This document shows positions 61,352 to 64,000 of a stretch of 64,000 bases of DNA, in pieces. Each line of letters starts with the position of its first letter. Position 1 is the stretch's first letter. Location of the stretch: contig OX638151.1 of the NCBI GenBank assembly GCA_951804945.1, positions 89,590,001-89,654,000 on the forward strand. The letters run 5' to 3'. Under the pieces are notes generated by a model that did no database searches, was not told the DNA's origin, and saw only the letters and a program-made list of their open reading frames with translations. A program made the position numbers and the translations under genes. The stretch is from Podarcis cretensis (lineage: Eukaryota).

Positions 61352-61803
61352 AAGGAAACCATTTGTTTCCTTTATAGGCATCCTTACAGTCTCAATCAAG
61401 TCAGCCTTCTCCTGTCTATCCAAACCTTCAGTCCTACAACAATATTAACATGAGAAAAGAACAAGAGTGGGTTGCACTGCAACAATCATGTGTTGGTGTT
61501 TATTTTGCTGATTGGCATTTTGTACATGATTCAAACTGCATGGAATGATGCTGAATGCATTTGAATGTAGTGATAAAAAACTGATTTAAAACAGGTCTAA
61601 AATTCGAGAGACAATTTGCTTCAAAAATTGAGTGATAATCTGAGGGCTGGAGTAGCAAGCAAAGTAAAATATTAATAGTTTATATTATATTTTTCATTCA
61701 GCCCATGGTGCATGGCTATTATTCTGAAGCATTTACTGGGCACTGGGACTCCCAGTTCCTGTTCTGATTGAAGTCTGGCATAAACTATCTGCAGAAAAAT
61801 AAT

Positions 61804-64000
61804 TTGTTGCTTAGTCGTTTAGTCGTGTCCGACTCTTCGTGACCCCATGGACCAGAGACGCCAGGCACTCCTGTCTTCCACTGCATCCCACAGTTTGGTC
61901 AGATTCATGTTTGTAGCTTCGAGAACACTGTCCAAACATCTCGTCCTCTATCGTCCCCTTCTTCTTGTGCCCTCAATCTTTCCCAACATCAGGGTCTTTT
62001 CCAGGGAGTCTTCTTTTCTCATGAGGTGGCCAAAGTATTGGAGCCTCAGCTTCACGATCTGTCCTTCCAGTGAGCACTCAGGGTTGATTTCCTTAAGAAT
62101 GGATACGTTTGATCTTCTTGCAGTCCATGGGACTCTCAAGAGTCTCCTCCAGCACCATAATTCAAAAGCATCAATTCTTCAGCGATCAGCCTTCTTGATG
62201 GTCCAGCTCTCACTTCCATACATCACTACTGGGAAAACCATGGCTTTAACTATACGGACCTTTGTTGGCAAGGTGATGTCTCTGCTTTTTAAGATGCTGT
62301 CTAGGTTTGCCATCACCTTTTGCCCAAGGAGCAGGCGTCTTTTAATTTCGTGACTGCTGTCACCATCTGCAGTGATCATGGAGCCCAAGAAAGTAAAATC
62401 TCTCACTGCCTCCATTTCTTCCCCTTCTATTTGCCAGGAGGTTATGGGCCCAGTGGCCATGATCTTCGTTTTTTTGATGTTGAGTCTCAGACCATATTTT
62501 GCGCTCTCCGCTTTCACCCTCATTAAAAGGTTCTTTAATTCCTCCTCACTTTCTGCCATCAAGGTTGTGTCATCTGCATATCTGAGGTTGTTGATATTTC
62601 TCCCTGCAATCTTAATTCTGGCTTGGGATTCATCCAGCCCAGCCTTTCTCATAATGAATTCTGCATATAAGTTAAATAAGCAGGGAGACAATATACAGCC
62701 TTGCCGTACTCCTTTCCCATTTTTGAACCAATCAGTTGTTCCATATCCAGTTCTAACTGTAGCTTCTTGTCCCACATAGAGATTCTCAGGAGACAGATGA
62801 GGTGATCAGGCACTCCCATTTCTTTAAGAACTTGCCATAGTTTGCTGTGGTCGACACAGTCAAAGGCTTTTGCATAGTCAATGAAGCAGAAGTAGATGTC
62901 TTTCTGGAACTCTCTAGCTTTCTCCATAATCTAGCCCATGTTTGCAATTTGGTCTCTGGTTCCTCTGCCCCTTCGAAATCCAGCTTGCACTTCTGGGAGT
63001 TCTCGGTCCACATACTGCTTAAGCCTGCCTTGTAGAATTTTAAGCATAACCTTGCTAGCATGTGAAATGAGTGCAATTGTGCTTTAGTTGGAGCATTCTT
63101 TGGGATTGGGATGTAGACTGATCTTCTCCAATCCTCTGGCCACTGCTTAGTTTTCCAAATTTGCTGGCATATTGAGTGTAGCAGCTTAACAGCATCATCT
63201 TTTAAAATTTTAAATAGTTCAGCTGGAATATCATCACTTCCACTGGCCTTGTTATTAGCAGTGCTTTCTAAGGCCCATTTGACTTCACTCTCCAGGATAT
63301 CTGGCTCAAGGTCAGCAACCACACTACCTGGGGTATACGAGGCATCCATTTCTTTCTGGTATAGTTCCTCTGTGTATTCTTGCCACCTCTTCTTGATGTC
63401 TTCTGCTTCTGTTAGGTCCTTTCCACTTTTGTCTTTTATTATGGTAATCTTTGTATGAAATGTTCCTTTCATATCTCCAATTTTCTTGAACAGATCTCTG
63501 GTTTTTCCCATTCTATTGTTTTCCTCTATTTCTTTGCATTGCTCATTTAAGAAGGCCTTCTTGTCTCTCCTTGCTATTTTTTGGAAATCTGCATTCAATT
63601 TCCTGTATCTTTCACTATCTCCCTCGCATTTTGCTTGCCTTCTCTCCCCCGCTATTTGTAAGGCCTTGTTGGACAGCCACTTTGCTTTCTTGCATTTCCT
63701 TTTCATTGGGATGGTTTTAGTTGCTGCCTCCTGTATAATGTTGCGAGCCTCCATCCATAGTTCTTCAGGCACTCTGTCCAGCAAATCTAAATCCTTAAAC
63801 CTGTTCCTCACTTCCACTTAGATTGTATCTTACCGGCCCAGTGGTTTTTCCTACTTTCTTCAGTTTAAGCTTGAATTTTGCTATAAGAAGCTGATGATCT
63901 GAGCCACAGTCAGCTCCAGGTTTTGTTTTTGCTGACTGTATAGAGCTTCTCCATCTTTGGCTGCAGAGAATATAATCAATCTGATTTCGATGCTGCCCAT
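61804..64000 (-). mobile_element. BovB (RTE-clade) LINE, RT and 3' end; continues past the window
   Basis: HRNQIDYI, FIDYAKAFDCVDH, GVRQGCILSP, LRYADDTTL, SLEKTLMLGKIEG, and the 3' end GGGTCACGAAGAGTCGGACACGACT. Disabled by two frameshifts (~63095 and ~62785) and a TGA at 62179. Confidence 0.97.

Noticed and set aside
61847-62779. Plus-strand ORFs of 168 and 135 aa
   Set aside because: Antisense shadows of the BovB RT ORF.

Overview
Eukaryotic, vertebrate non-coding DNA (intergenic or large intron). It is very probably from a squamate and most likely a lacertid lizard; this is inferred from the Sauria/POM-type SINEs together with BovB, CR1, L2, L1, RTE and Penelope fragments. I found no host protein-coding exon, tRNA, rRNA or CRISPR array that I can support, and every recognisable ORF is transposon-derived. 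The window holds a near-full-length L2 LINE, a large BovB, several 5'-truncated L1 copies, a decayed hAT transposase, probable solo LTRs, and many hAT, TcMar and palindromic MITEs, often nested with readable target-site duplications (TSDs). The most notable observations are: (1) a complete-looking 1.14-kb non-coding retroposon with an L1-like 5' end; (2) a Penelope terminus carrying a hammerhead ribozyme core with a single mutated core base; (3) an inverted and deleted BovB chimera; (4) two templated insertions, one of them containing a 112-nt hairpin; (5) nests whose insertion order can be read from their TSDs; (6) a few enhancer-like unique segments. Family names come from recalled consensus motifs, not from database searches. 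Boundaries without a TSD are approximate.
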